In this document: in pieces, positions 25,425 to 35,080 of the stretch
Numbering within the stretch: the first letter of the stretch is position 1
Layout: every line of letters begins with the position of its first letter
Assembly (NCBI GenBank): GCA_963668645.2
Contig: CAXXWC010000021.1
Coordinates: forward strand, 736,001 to 800,000
DNA from: Desulfobacterales bacterium
GTDB lineage: Bacteria; Desulfobacterota; Desulfobacteria; Desulfobacterales; UBA2174
Reading direction: 5' to 3'
Length of the DNA: 64,000 nt
Notes under the pieces: model-generated
Seen by the model: only the letters and a program-made list of their open reading frames with translations
The model's database searches: none
What the model was told of the DNA's origin: nothing
Position numbers and translations under genes: made by a program

Positions 25425-27125
25425 TCAGCGAACCTGAAGAAGCCCGTTCAGGGTCTCCATTTCTTTCTCGATGCCGGTGGTGTCCCCCCGGGCCAGGGCA
25501 TCCTGGACGGAATAAAGAGCCCTTTCGATGGCATCCCGGCACCCGTGGATTGCCGTTTGCTCCAGCAAGGCCTGTCCGGCCCGCAGAGCCTGTTCAGCAC
25601 GAATGGACAGTTCAATGGCATGTTTTCGCTCCCGGTCGGATACGGCCCGGGCTTCAGCCTCCCGGATCAATGCCCTCACCTTGTCGTCGCTGAGCCGGTG
25701 CACGGCATCGATGCAAATCGAAGCTTCAGCACCGGTAAAAATCTCCTGGGCGGTAACGGTGACCACGCCGCTGGCATCTATCCGGAAAATCATCTCCACC
25801 TGGGCCTTGCCCCGTGGCATGGGGGGGATTTGCGCCAGCTTGAAACAGCCCAGGCTGATGTTGTCGGACGCCATGGCCCGCTCTCCCTGAAGCACATTGA
25901 TGTCCATCTCACTCTGGCCGTCACCGGCTGTGGTGAAAATCCGATCGGCCGAGGTGGGAACGGGCGTATTGCGCGGAATAACGATGGAAAAAATTCCGCC
26001 CTGGGTCTCGACGCCGAGGGAAAGCGGGACCACATCGACCAGCGCCACGTGCTGGACCATACCGGCCAGGACCCCTCCCTGGATGGCGGCACCGATGGCC
26101 ACGGCTTCGTCGGGATTGATCCTTTGGTAAGGCTCTTTTCCAAAGATCTCTACAGCCAGGGCCTTGATGGCCGGCATGCGGGTCGCGCCACCGACCAGAA
26201 CGACACAATCCATTGCTTCGGGCCCCAGACCCGCATCCTTCAGAGCCCGATGCGTGGCCTGAGCCATACGTTCCCGCAAGTCACCGGTGATCTGTTCGAG
26301 GATATCGCGGGAAAAAGGGCAGGCCAGACGCACGATGGGTTTGCCGTTTCGGCCCACCAGTGACAGGCGAATTTGGGTGGCAGTTTCTAGCGAAAGCTCT
26401 TTTTTCGCCTTTTCACAAACCGTGCGCAGGCGTTGCCAGTCCCCGCTGTCCGGCTGAAGGTCGACCCCGTATGCCGTGCGAAACGCCTCGGCGGCATATG
26501 TCATAATACGTTGGTCCCAATCGTCTCCGCCCAGGTAGCAATCACCGTTGACCGCCCGCACCTGGAAAACCCCATCGCCCATTTCCAGAATGGACACATC
26601 GAAGGTTCCACCGCCCAGGTCCCACACCAGAACGGACTGGACGTTTTTACGATCCAGTCCGTAGGCCAGGGCCGCGGCCGTGGGTTCGTTGATCATCCGG
26701 ACCACATCGAGGCCTGCCATCAGACCCGCCTCGCGGGTGGCCTGGCGCTGGGTGTCACTGAAATAGGCAGGCACGGTGATCACTGCCTTTTCCACCCGCC
26801 GGCCCAGGGCATGCTCGGCATCGGCCTTGATTTTGCGGAGGATAAATGAAGAGATTTCCTGGGGAGAGCAGGCTCTGCCATGGATCCGGACCCGGTAGTC
26901 CGTTCCCATCCGGCGTTTGATGGACAAGACCGTGTTTTGCGGATTGGCCGCCGCCTGGGCCTTGGCCACCACGCCGACCAGGGGATGCTGCCGGCGTGTT
27001 TCCGCGTAAACGGAAGGGGTAAGCGCGTCTCCCTCCCGGTTGGGGACAATCCGCGCTCGGCCATTTTCAAAAACGGCCGCCACCGAATAAGTGGTCCCGA
27101 GATCGATTCCAAGAATCGTATCCAT
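25425..27125 (-). CDS. Hsp70/DnaK paralogue
   Basis: GIDLGTT, TVPAYF, NEPTAAALAYG, DLGGGTFD, LVGGATRMP, NPDEAVAIGAA. 566 aa with a shortened C-terminus. Confidence 0.95.
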   Translation of the reverse strand: MDTILGIDLGTTYSVAAVFENGRARIVPNREGDALTPSVYAETRRQHPLVGVVAKAQAAANPQNTVLSIKRRMGTDYRVRIHGRACSPQEISSFILRKIKADAEHALGRRVEKAVITVPAYFSDTQRQATREAGLMAGLDVVRMINEPTAAALAYGLDRKNVQSVLVWDLGGGTFDVSILEMGDGVFQVRAVNGDCYLGGDDWDQRIMTYAAEAFRTAYGVDLQPDSGDWQRLRTVCEKAKKELSLETATQIRLSLVGRNGKPIVRLACPFSRDILEQITGDLRERMAQATHRALKDAGLGPEAMDCVVLVGGATRMPAIKALAVEIFGKEPYQRINPDEAVAIGAAIQGGVLAGMVQHVALVDVVPLSLGVETQGGIFSIVIPRNTPVPTSADRIFTTAGDGQSEMDINVLQGERAMASDNISLGCFKLAQIPPMPRGKAQVEMIFRIDASGVVTVTAQEIFTGAEASICIDAVHRLSDDKVRALIREAEARAVSDRERKHAIELSIRAEQALRAGQALLEQTAIHGCRDAIERALYSVQDALARGDTTGIEKEMETLNGLLQVR

Positions 27126-27245
27126 AAGTGGCTGTAACCTCGTTCACAAGGCAGGGGCTCAGCATTCGGTCTCAGCCCCCACCGGCATTCCGATAAAAGA
27201 ACAGACATGACAAAATGCCCAAACCTATCGGTGCGGGGCTTGCCT

Positions 27246-27860
27246 CTAGTTGTGCATCACCAATACCATACCGCCGTCCTGGCTCAGTGTCAGGCCCTGC
27301 CGGACCATGGTGTCGTTGAGCATGTTCAAAAACACCTTCGGATCAGCGACCCGTATTTTTCGGACCGTTCGGCCTTGAAACCGAAACGATAACACCATCC
27401 GGGAATCGGCCTCCGCAGGCTCCAGACAAACGGACTGAATCTGTTCCAGGGGAACCGTCAGAAGAAGTTTGTCGAAAATTTCCTGATAAACAAAAAGTCG
27501 CTGGTCGGTCACATGCACGTGTCCGTATTGCCAGGTCCGATAGACGCCGCTTTCAACCCAACAGGCCCCCCGGCTCTTGTAGACGACCTGCTCCTCCCGG
27601 GCCGATCCTTGCTCCTGCTGGACAGGTCCCGTCTTCACCTGATTTGCGGCAAGCCGGCTTTTGGCGTCCCAATCCGTCAGCAAGCCATAGCGAAGCATCG
27701 TATCCATGCCGGCCAGGGCCGCCCGGAGGCAAACGCCGATGAGGGGGACCCCGGCCAGGGAAATGATCAGATCGGCCTGAAGCACCACGCCCCGGTCCAG
27801 GACACGGTCCAGCAGATCCACCAGGGTGCCGTTGCGGGTGGATGTGGTCTGCGGGTTCAT
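27246..27860 (-). CDS. GvpJ/S/M-like gas vesicle protein fused to a GRAM/PH-like domain
   Basis: LVDLLDRVLDRGVVLQADLIISLAGVPL (GvpA family), plus C-terminal HVTDQRLF...VPLEQI. Confidence 0.82.
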   Translation of the reverse strand: MNPQTTSTRNGTLVDLLDRVLDRGVVLQADLIISLAGVPLIGVCLRAALAGMDTMLRYGLLTDWDAKSRLAANQVKTGPVQQEQGSAREEQVVYKSRGACWVESGVYRTWQYGHVHVTDQRLFVYQEIFDKLLLTVPLEQIQSVCLEPAEADSRMVLSFRFQGRTVRKIRVADPKVFLNMLNDTMVRQGLTLSQDGGMVLVMHN

Positions 27861-28957
27861 ACAAAACTATAAGCGGGCCAGGGACCGGTGAAGCGGACCG
27901 AGAAACCTTCCAGGTTTTCGATCTGCTCCAGGGCCGTGCCCAGTTGCCCATTGTCCTGGCGGGATGCCAGACAGGACAGATGCATCAGCATGCGGGTCTT
28001 GGCATCCGCGGCGGGCTTTACCTTTTCCATGCGCAGGGACTCTACGTGGGGTCGGATCTGATCATGGAATTGCTGCACATAACCTTCGGCCAATCTTTCC
28101 ATCTCCTGTTTCAGGACGCTTGCCAGCTTGGCGCGGTAAAGGTAGGCCGCACCCTGCGGCTTGGAGTGAATCTCTTCTTCGATCTTTCTGACCGCAGGGC
28201 TTTCCCTGGCCGTGGTACGGGCCACGGCATCCGGATCCCAGAAGATCTGAACCCCGTATTCGGCCATCCCTTCCAGCATTTGAAGCTTTTCCATCAAGGC
28301 ATCGCGGTCGTCGTTGAGCCACTTGCGAGCCGTTTCGACCGCGTCGAGCCCGGGCTCCCCCCGGATGATGGTGTCGAAACCCATCGGCGCCACGTTGCCG
28401 AACCACTCCCAGGCGGCATCCACCACCTTCTGATGGGCGGCGACCCAGGTCTGAACTTGCTCCGGATCAGTTGACTGGTAAGGCTCGGCAGAACAACGAT
28501 GGACCACCACAGCCAGATCCTGGTCGGCGATGGTAAATACCTCAGCGGCTTCCAGCCCGATGGGCCCCAGACAGACACCGTCTTCACCCCGTACCACACC
28601 ATACAGGTAGACACCCTCTGAAGGGTCTTGAGCACCTGGAGCAGCGCCAGTTTGCGCGACGGGCGGTGCTCCAGTCCCGACCGCAGGGGTAGGGGGCGCG
28701 GATGGTGCATCGGCCGGCAGGCTGATCGCATGGTCTTCTGGCGCCGCCGATTCGGCCACCCGCTCGTCCCGCAGCCGTGCCTGGTCGCCCGTCATCGCGC
28801 GAAGTTGCATGCCGATCTCTTGCCGAAGCGCGCGCTCTAATTCCGGAATCAGGGACTCGCGAAGGACCTCCCGAATCGCCTCCCGGTGGTCGGCAACCAT
28901 CTTGGCAACCGTTTCCCGGAGCATTGTCCGGATTATCTCTCGAATCTCGTTGTCCAT
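27857..28957 (-). CDS. GvpL/GvpF family protein with N-terminal helical and Ala/Pro-rich extension
   Basis: YLYGVV, AHQKVV, PMGFDT, EYGV, C-terminal TGPWPAYSF. Confidence 0.88.
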   Translation of the reverse strand: MDNEIREIIRTMLRETVAKMVADHREAIREVLRESLIPELERALRQEIGMQLRAMTGDQARLRDERVAESAAPEDHAISLPADAPSAPPTPAVGTGAPPVAQTGAAPGAQDPSEGVYLYGVVRGEDGVCLGPIGLEAAEVFTIADQDLAVVVHRCSAEPYQSTDPEQVQTWVAAHQKVVDAAWEWFGNVAPMGFDTIIRGEPGLDAVETARKWLNDDRDALMEKLQMLEGMAEYGVQIFWDPDAVARTTARESPAVRKIEEEIHSKPQGAAYLYRAKLASVLKQEMERLAEGYVQQFHDQIRPHVESLRMEKVKPAADAKTRMLMHLSCLASRQDNGQLGTALEQIENLEGFSVRFTGPWPAYSFV

Positions 28958-29029
28958 ATCCGTTCCCCAGGGCCGGTCTGAATGGCCGGCAGAGGGCCAA
29001 CCCGCCGGTATGGATTACCGGGTCGCGTT

Positions 29030-29329
29030 TCAGCCGGGAGCTTGTCCGCACAGCAGGATATCGTCCACCACCTGGTCCAGCCCATCCCGAACGGACTTTA
29101 CGGCTTCCCGGATGCCCTGCTCCATTTTGATCTCCTCGATTGCCGTATCGAGCTCCATCAACGCCACGCCGAGCCGATCGATTTCGGCGTCGGTCAGCCC
29201 CGTGCCTTCCATGCGACGCAGGGCTTGGTGTTTGAGCGCATCCCGAATAATCTCCACCAGGGCCATCACCAGCCCCAGCACCCCGGATTTCATGTCTTTT
29301 TCATCAATATCGATGGCCATCTTTGCCAC
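29030..29329 (-). CDS. gvpK: Gas vesicle protein GvpK
   Basis: LVMALVEIIRDALKHQALRRME..LTDAEIDRLG.ALM signature. Confidence 0.88.
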   Translation of the reverse strand: MAKMAIDIDEKDMKSGVLGLVMALVEIIRDALKHQALRRMEGTGLTDAEIDRLGVALMELDTAIEEIKMEQGIREAVKSVRDGLDQVVDDILLCGQAPG

Positions 29330-29419
29330 CTAGCGATGTTTTTTAGGGGAGCTAAACACGGCCCCGGTGCACCGTCGTAACCTTACCCGGAGCCGCGAGC
29401 AAAACAGCGCCACTCCGGG

Positions 29420-29779
29420 CTAAGGCCGGGCCGTCATCATCCGCTCGGTCTTGGCACTGACCCAACCGCACCAGGGGCAGCCTTCGTCGAGCAGGGCGGA
29501 TGAAGAAACCAGCTTGCCGCACTGGGGGCAGAGTTCCCGGCCCGTAACCGCCTCTTGCCGGGCAGAGGTCTCGAGAGATGTGCCGGAAGGAAATTCAAGG
29601 CCGTACTTGGCCGCGGTTTCAAAAGAAGCCAGGGCCGCCCGGATCTTGATCCCCAGAAGTTCCACGCCCACCAACGAAACGGCGATATCCGCATTGATCA
29701 CCAGCCCCTTATCCAGAAGCCGATCGATCACATCGGCCAAGCCTTGGCCCTGGACTTCCCGTGAAGGTTCCAACGGCAT
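29420..29779 (-). CDS. gvpJ: GvpJ-like gas vesicle protein with C-terminal zinc ribbon
   Basis: [29 protein letters not shown]...[11 protein letters not shown], followed by CPQC...CPWC. Confidence 0.82.
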   Translation of the reverse strand: MPLEPSREVQGQGLADVIDRLLDKGLVINADIAVSLVGVELLGIKIRAALASFETAAKYGLEFPSGTSLETSARQEAVTGRELCPQCGKLVSSSALLDEGCPWCGWVSAKTERMMTARP

Positions 29780-29840
29780 ACGCTTCCTCTTCCTTGTAAC
29801 GCGTCAGACTTCCCGGCCATCGGCAACGGGCCGGAAAGCA

Positions 29841-30107
29841 TCAAAAATCCTCTTCCACCGTATCGATCCGCTTACGCATCCGGGCCCGTTTGAATTCCAA
29901 CACATTGCCCTCCGGGTCCATTCGGATGCGGTAGGTGGCCAGGATATCCATCGATTCGGGAATGGAGCGTTTTTCCACCACTTCCAAGGCAACCAGCCAC
30001 TCTTCGCCTTCCCTGGCCGCCTCCAAGGTGGAAGAAACCTCCAAGCCGGTCAGGGCTTGAAGTTCCGACCTGGCCTGTTTTACGATTTGTGCAAGCCCTA
30101 GCGCCAT
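29841..30107 (-). CDS. gvpO: Gas vesicle protein GvpO/GvpR
   Basis: LTG...WLVALEVVEKRSIPESMDILATY...D.EG signature. Confidence 0.87.
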   Translation of the reverse strand: MALGLAQIVKQARSELQALTGLEVSSTLEAAREGEEWLVALEVVEKRSIPESMDILATYRIRMDPEGNVLEFKRARMRKRIDTVEEDF

Positions 30108-30122
30108 GACCGCAAGCCTCCT

Positions 30123-30368
30123 TTACGGCGTTAACTCCGCCTTCAGTTTTCTCATCTCTTCCATCCGTTCCATGAGTTCGGTCTCTAGTTTTTCGAACTC
30201 CGGTTCGTCGATTTCCCCCATCTCGAATTGCATCTGCAACTGAAGCAGTTCATCTTGCAGGCGGGTCTCATCGGTCATCTCCTGCACGGCCGCATCCCGC
30301 AGTTTCTCGCCGAGCCACACGGTAAATTTCAATGGCGAAAACAGGATATCGTCAAGAAGAAACGCCAT
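30123..30368 (-). CDS. gvpG: Gas vesicle protein GvpG
   Basis: LLDDILFSP...W..E.L...EL..LQMQFEMGEIDE.EF...E.EL; directly follows gvpF. Confidence 0.88.
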   Translation of the reverse strand: MAFLLDDILFSPLKFTVWLGEKLRDAAVQEMTDETRLQDELLQLQMQFEMGEIDEPEFEKLETELMERMEEMRKLKAELTP

Positions 30369-30371
30369 GGT

Positions 30372-31121
30372 TCACCACCTCACCGTAATTTCGACGAAAT
30401 TGGCCGGCGGCACAGGTCCCACGTAGCGGAACGTCATACGGCCGTCATAATGACGAGCCAGATCTTCAACGGCCCCGTCAAAGTCTTTTTCCCGTTGCTT
30501 GAGAACCAGAAAAGCACTGTTGACCACCATCAGGTCTCCAAACTCCTTGTTGGAACGCTGGTCCACCCAGTAGCCTCGGAGATTTTCCAAAACAGCGTTT
30601 CTTTCCTTTTCACGCTTGCGCTCCAACGCCTTCTTGACCATCTCCCCGAGCCGCACCTGGGCTTGCGGGTTGGCGGCTTTTTGAGTGGCAAGGCGGTCCC
30701 GCAATTGGCGAATCTCCCGATTTTCTGAAATAATTTCCTGAAAAAGGGTATTGATGTCATTCCACAACACCTTGAGCCCCAGTTCTATTTTGTCCTGCAT
30801 CTGTCGCAAGAGCCCGGAAAGTTCCGCATACCGGGCCGCGAGAAGTTTCTCCCGAATCTGGTCCACGCCCTCGGCGATGGTTCCGAATCGCACCGGCAAC
30901 AGGGTATGCGTTTGCATGAGGGCTTCCATGACCTTCTGATGGGCCATGGTGTTGCTCCGGCAGACCGGATACGAGACGATGGAAGAATCGCTGACTACCG
31001 CGCCGATATCCTTGTAGCCGACCGCATAGACCGGATACCCTTGCCCCCCGATACTTTTCAGGTCCGTTGCAATGGGGCCGCCGCCGGTAATGGCATAGAT
31101 GTATTGTCCCGAATGGCGCAT
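30372..31121 (-). CDS. gvpF: Gas vesicle protein GvpF
   Basis: YIYAI, AHQKVME, LPVRFGT, ELGLK, NSAFLV, GPVPPANFV. Confidence 0.9.
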   Translation of the reverse strand: MRHSGQYIYAITGGGPIATDLKSIGGQGYPVYAVGYKDIGAVVSDSSIVSYPVCRSNTMAHQKVMEALMQTHTLLPVRFGTIAEGVDQIREKLLAARYAELSGLLRQMQDKIELGLKVLWNDINTLFQEIISENREIRQLRDRLATQKAANPQAQVRLGEMVKKALERKREKERNAVLENLRGYWVDQRSNKEFGDLMVVNSAFLVLKQREKDFDGAVEDLARHYDGRMTFRYVGPVPPANFVEITVRW

Positions 31122-31123
31122 GA

Positions 31124-31825
31124 TTATCCTTTTTGGTGGAGGCCCTGAGGTGGAGTCATCATTTCAGTGGCCAGATCTTCAAAGGTGCGGTCGTCAACAC
31201 AGCCGATAAGGGCGTACAGATAACGTCGCATCTTCACCGGATCCTTGACCTGGCGGATTTCCATCGAAGCGTCGGACAGGTACCGGGTGACATCATGGAA
31301 GGCCCCCATGAAAAGCACTCCCCGCTCTGCGGGCTTAAGGGTTGCGCCGATGGTCTGGGCGACAAACCGGTCCCGCTTTTCAAGGATCTGGTCACCGGCG
31401 GCCTTGTAGCCCAGCAAAGCCGCAGTGCTCTCGTAATGAGATTGCCTGCGGGCCAGTTCCAGGACCCTCTGATACTCCAGTTTCAACAGGCCGATATCCT
31501 CTGTGGGCTGCAACCAGGCGCCCCGCTGCAAGAGGTCGAGGACCACCTGGTGATTGCGGCTGCCGGTGGCGGCGCCCTCCCGGATGATTCTCAGTCCAAG
31601 CGCTCCGCCGCTCATCATCCCGTCCTGATAAATCTTGAGGCCACGGGCATCGATGATCTTGAAAAAAGCGTCGATCCCGCTCCAGAACCGGTCTACAACG
31701 GCTTTATGCCGGTTCCAGCGGTTCCCGGGGCAGACCTCTCGGCGCCGCCGTTCGATCGTCGGCCCCAGGCTTCCCAAATCCGAAACTCCGTGAACCACCG
31801 GCACATGGTAAAGGAATGGCTTCAT
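31124..31825 (-). CDS. Hypothetical protein in the gas vesicle operon
   Basis: ATGA overlap with the upstream stop. Motifs VPVVH..DLGSL, YQDG, RDRFVA, FMGAFHD. Confidence 0.75.
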   Translation of the reverse strand: MKPFLYHVPVVHGVSDLGSLGPTIERRRREVCPGNRWNRHKAVVDRFWSGIDAFFKIIDARGLKIYQDGMMSGGALGLRIIREGAATGSRNHQVVLDLLQRGAWLQPTEDIGLLKLEYQRVLELARRQSHYESTAALLGYKAAGDQILEKRDRFVAQTIGATLKPAERGVLFMGAFHDVTRYLSDASMEIRQVKDPVKMRRYLYALIGCVDDRTFEDLATEMMTPPQGLHQKG

Positions 31826-32859
31826 CCGTCGGGGACACACGGTTTCATGCACCGAATCCGTCCCCAACCGCCGGCAGGTCTCTCTTCAAAGCAGATCCGA
31901 TCGTCACGACAGTTGTCGCAAAGGGTCCGATAAGCGCGGGCAATGGTTTCAAACCTTGTCTGGACCGCCTTATCCCCCGGAAAAAGGTCCGGATGGAACG
32001 CTTTGGTCAGCCTCCAGTAGGCTTCCCGGATTTCCAGGGCGGTGGCCTCTTTTCCCAGCCCCAGCGTCTTTCCGGCCTCCAGGATCTGCCGGATATCCGG
32101 CTGTTGTATCTCGAGGGTGCAGAAGCTGTAGGGTGGCAAGGGACCGACCAGGCGAAACAGCACGCTCTGACCGCAGGATTGGTCCAACCGCTCCAAGCAA
32201 TCTTCAACAGCCTGCCGGTTCTGTCTTTTCAGCAAAAAAGCGGTGTTCATGATCATGGTATCGTCCATGAGCGGGTGCGACAAACATTCATCGACCCATG
32301 GATTCAAGGCATCGAGGACTTCCGAGGCTCTCTTGCGGGACCGCGAATCGAGCATCTCCTTGACCATTTTGCCCACGACCAGGCGATGCTCTGTGGCCGC
32401 TTCCGGCGCGACGATCTCGGCGGCGTTGCGCTTAAGCCCGGCAATCTCTGGAGTGGCTCCGATCTCGGCCAGCAGGCCCGGCAGGTTTTGCCACAGCACG
32501 ACCACGTCAAGCTCCAGCTTCTGGCGCATGCGCTCAAAATGGCCCAGGACTCCGGCCTGCTCGGCCGCCAGAACCGCCTGCAACGCCTCCTCGTCCGGCA
32601 GAAAGGTGCCGTACTTGACCGGTAACACCTGGCAAACGTCCATGACTTTTTCCAGCACGGCCTGATAACGCGCCAGGTTGGACAGCAGGGCCTCTTTGGA
32701 AAAAGCTTCGAAGCTCATGAAGGGGGTGCGGCTCACCAGAGCCGCGACCCCGTCATGGGAGAGACTATCCACGGCCAGATTGTCAATACCGCCGGCCGCG
32801 AATCGAACAGGCTCTTTTGACTTCACCACGCCATAAACGAAAATATACGCTCTGCTCAT
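31822..32859 (-). CDS. GvpL/GvpF family protein fused to a C-terminal J-domain
   Basis: GvpF/L body (VYGVV, LPVKYGT, NTAFLL, GPLPPYSF), then LGLGKEATALEIREAYWRLTKAFHPD...FETIARAYRTL. Confidence 0.88.
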   Translation of the reverse strand: MSRAYIFVYGVVKSKEPVRFAAGGIDNLAVDSLSHDGVAALVSRTPFMSFEAFSKEALLSNLARYQAVLEKVMDVCQVLPVKYGTFLPDEEALQAVLAAEQAGVLGHFERMRQKLELDVVVLWQNLPGLLAEIGATPEIAGLKRNAAEIVAPEAATEHRLVVGKMVKEMLDSRSRKRASEVLDALNPWVDECLSHPLMDDTMIMNTAFLLKRQNRQAVEDCLERLDQSCGQSVLFRLVGPLPPYSFCTLEIQQPDIRQILEAGKTLGLGKEATALEIREAYWRLTKAFHPDLFPGDKAVQTRFETIARAYRTLCDNCRDDRICFEERPAGGWGRIRCMKPCVPDG

Positions 32860-32897
32860 GACAGCAATCTTTCGCAACGCTGGGTTGGAAGGCGCAC

Positions 32898-35021
32898 TCA
32901 GTGTTTTCCCATTATCTGACTGGCCGTTTTGAAATGGGCGGCCTCAATGACAAAAGCGGTCTCGTCCGGATTGCCGCTTTCGATGAATTGCCGGATTGCC
33001 TTGAGGGCGGCCTCGCGGCACAGCAACTCGATGTCGGCGCCGGAAAGGCCGTCGGTTTGCTCGGCCAACCGGCCCAGATCGACATTTTCGGCCAAAGGCT
33101 TTTCCCGGGTGTGGACCCGAAAGATCGCTTCACGAGTCGTCTTGTCTGGAAGGGGCAGTTCCAGGTGAAAATCAAAACGTCCGGCTCGCATGATCGCCGG
33201 ATCCATTATGTCCATGCGGTTGGTCGCTGCCAGCACGACGATCCCCTTCAGTTTTTCGATTCCGTCCATCTCCGTGAGAAATTGGCTGATGACCCGATCC
33301 ACCACATGGGAAGCGGCCTCGGAGCCCCGCCGGGGCACGAGGCTGTCGATCTCGTCGAAAAAAACGATACAGGGCGATGCCTGTCTGGCCTTCTTGAAGA
33401 CTTCCCGCACGCCTTTTTCACTTTCGCCGATCCACTTGGACAGAATTTCGGGCCCCTTGATCGAGATGAAGTTGACGCCGCATTCGGTGGCGACCGCCTT
33501 GGCCAGCAGGGTTTTGCCCGTACCGGGCAGGCCATGGAGCAAAATTCCCCGCGCCGCAGTGGTACGGGCCTTTTCAAAGAGTCCGGCATAGGCCAGAGGC
33601 CACTGAATGGTTTCCTGGAGGAGCTGTTTGGCCTCTTCCAGGCCGCCGATATCTTTCCATCGGACATCCGGCACCTCAGTGAAGACTTCCCGGATAGCCG
33701 AAGGTTCGATCTCCGTCAGGGCCGCGAGGAAATCATCCATGGACACCTGAAGGTTCATGAGCGTGTCGTAGGGCAAGGCCTCGGTGGCATTGAAATCGAT
33801 GGATGGGAAAATTTGCCGTAAGGTGGCCATGGCCGCCTCACGGCTGAGGGCGGCCAGATCCGCGCCCACAAAGCCATGGGTAATCTCCGCCAGGCGCGCC
33901 ACGTCGACATCTTCGGCAAGCGGCATGCCCCGGGTATAAATTTCCAAGATTTCCTGCCGTGCGTTGCGGTCCGGTATACCGATCTCGATTTCTCGATCGA
34001 AACGCCCCGGTCTGCGAAGGGCCGGGTCCAGGGAATTGGGGATGTTGGTGGCGCCGATGACGACGATCTGCCCCCGGGCCGAAAGACCGTCCATTAGCGC
34101 CAAAAGTTGGGCCACCACCCGCTTTTCGACCTGCTTTTCCCCGCCCATCTCTTCACGCTTGGGAGCGATGGCATCAATCTCATCCAAAAAAATGATGGCC
34201 GGTCCCTTGGCCTCCGCCTCCTCGAAAATTTTCCGCAGGTTGGCCTCGCTTTGGCCGTAAAACTTGTTCATGATTTCCGGACCGCTGAGGGTGTAAAAAG
34301 CGGCATCGGTCTCATTGGCCACGGCCTTGGCGATGAGGGTCTTGCCACAGCCGGGCGGACCGTGCAGCAAAACCCCCTTGGGCGGATCGATGCCCAGGCG
34401 TTCGAATATCTGGGGATACTTGAGCGGAAGTTCGATCATTTCACGGATGCGGCGGATCTGCCGGCCCAGGCCGCCGATGTCTTCGTAAGCGATACGGGTG
34501 CGCCCCTCCTTTGCGTCCTTGGCCCCCTGGATGGCGACCGAGGTGGCCGGATGGATCAGCACCGCTCCGGCCGGTCTGACCGAAACCACCTCAAAATCAT
34601 GCGTCCGCGACCCGAAGAGCCTGGCGCGGACCTTGTCCCCTTCCACCAGGGGCAGCCCCTCCAGGAGGGTTCCGATATACCGGGCATCGTAGGCGCGCAT
34701 CGGGGTAAGCGGGGCCACCACTATTTTCAGGGCGACACTGACCTCGCATTTTCCCACGATGACCCGCTCACCGATCCCGGCGCGGGCGTTTTCCCGGGTG
34801 GTCCCATCCAGACGCACGATTGAATTGCCGCGGTCTTCCATGTATGCAGGCATGACTTTGGCAACGGTTGTTCGCTTGCCGGTAACCGTCACCACATCGC
34901 CCACCGCAACGTCCAGGGACGTGAAAAAGGCCGGGTCGAAACGCACAATGCCCCGGTCCGCATCCTTGGGCGCGGCCTCGGCCACCTTGAAAGACTGTTT
35001 CTCGTTTTTTTCCTCTGGCAT
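32898..35021 (-). CDS. Cdc48/p97-like double-ring AAA+ ATPase
   Basis: Cdc48 N-domain and two AAA modules (GPPGCGKT/DEIDA/RRPGRFDRE and GLPGTGKT/DEIDS/RAGRFD). Confidence 0.95.
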   Translation of the reverse strand: MPEEKNEKQSFKVAEAAPKDADRGIVRFDPAFFTSLDVAVGDVVTVTGKRTTVAKVMPAYMEDRGNSIVRLDGTTRENARAGIGERVIVGKCEVSVALKIVVAPLTPMRAYDARYIGTLLEGLPLVEGDKVRARLFGSRTHDFEVVSVRPAGAVLIHPATSVAIQGAKDAKEGRTRIAYEDIGGLGRQIRRIREMIELPLKYPQIFERLGIDPPKGVLLHGPPGCGKTLIAKAVANETDAAFYTLSGPEIMNKFYGQSEANLRKIFEEAEAKGPAIIFLDEIDAIAPKREEMGGEKQVEKRVVAQLLALMDGLSARGQIVVIGATNIPNSLDPALRRPGRFDREIEIGIPDRNARQEILEIYTRGMPLAEDVDVARLAEITHGFVGADLAALSREAAMATLRQIFPSIDFNATEALPYDTLMNLQVSMDDFLAALTEIEPSAIREVFTEVPDVRWKDIGGLEEAKQLLQETIQWPLAYAGLFEKARTTAARGILLHGLPGTGKTLLAKAVATECGVNFISIKGPEILSKWIGESEKGVREVFKKARQASPCIVFFDEIDSLVPRRGSEAASHVVDRVISQFLTEMDGIEKLKGIVVLAATNRMDIMDPAIMRAGRFDFHLELPLPDKTTREAIFRVHTREKPLAENVDLGRLAEQTDGLSGADIELLCREAALKAIRQFIESGNPDETAFVIEAAHFKTASQIMGKH

Positions 35022-35080
35022 ATGCGCGCCCTGAGCAGGGATCCCGGGGGTGGAATCGAAGGATGGCCGATCGCTAATGG

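Noticed and set aside
25425..27125. Housekeeping dnaK
   Set aside because: Shortened C-terminus, no grpE/dnaJ/hrcA, and embedded in the gvp cluster.
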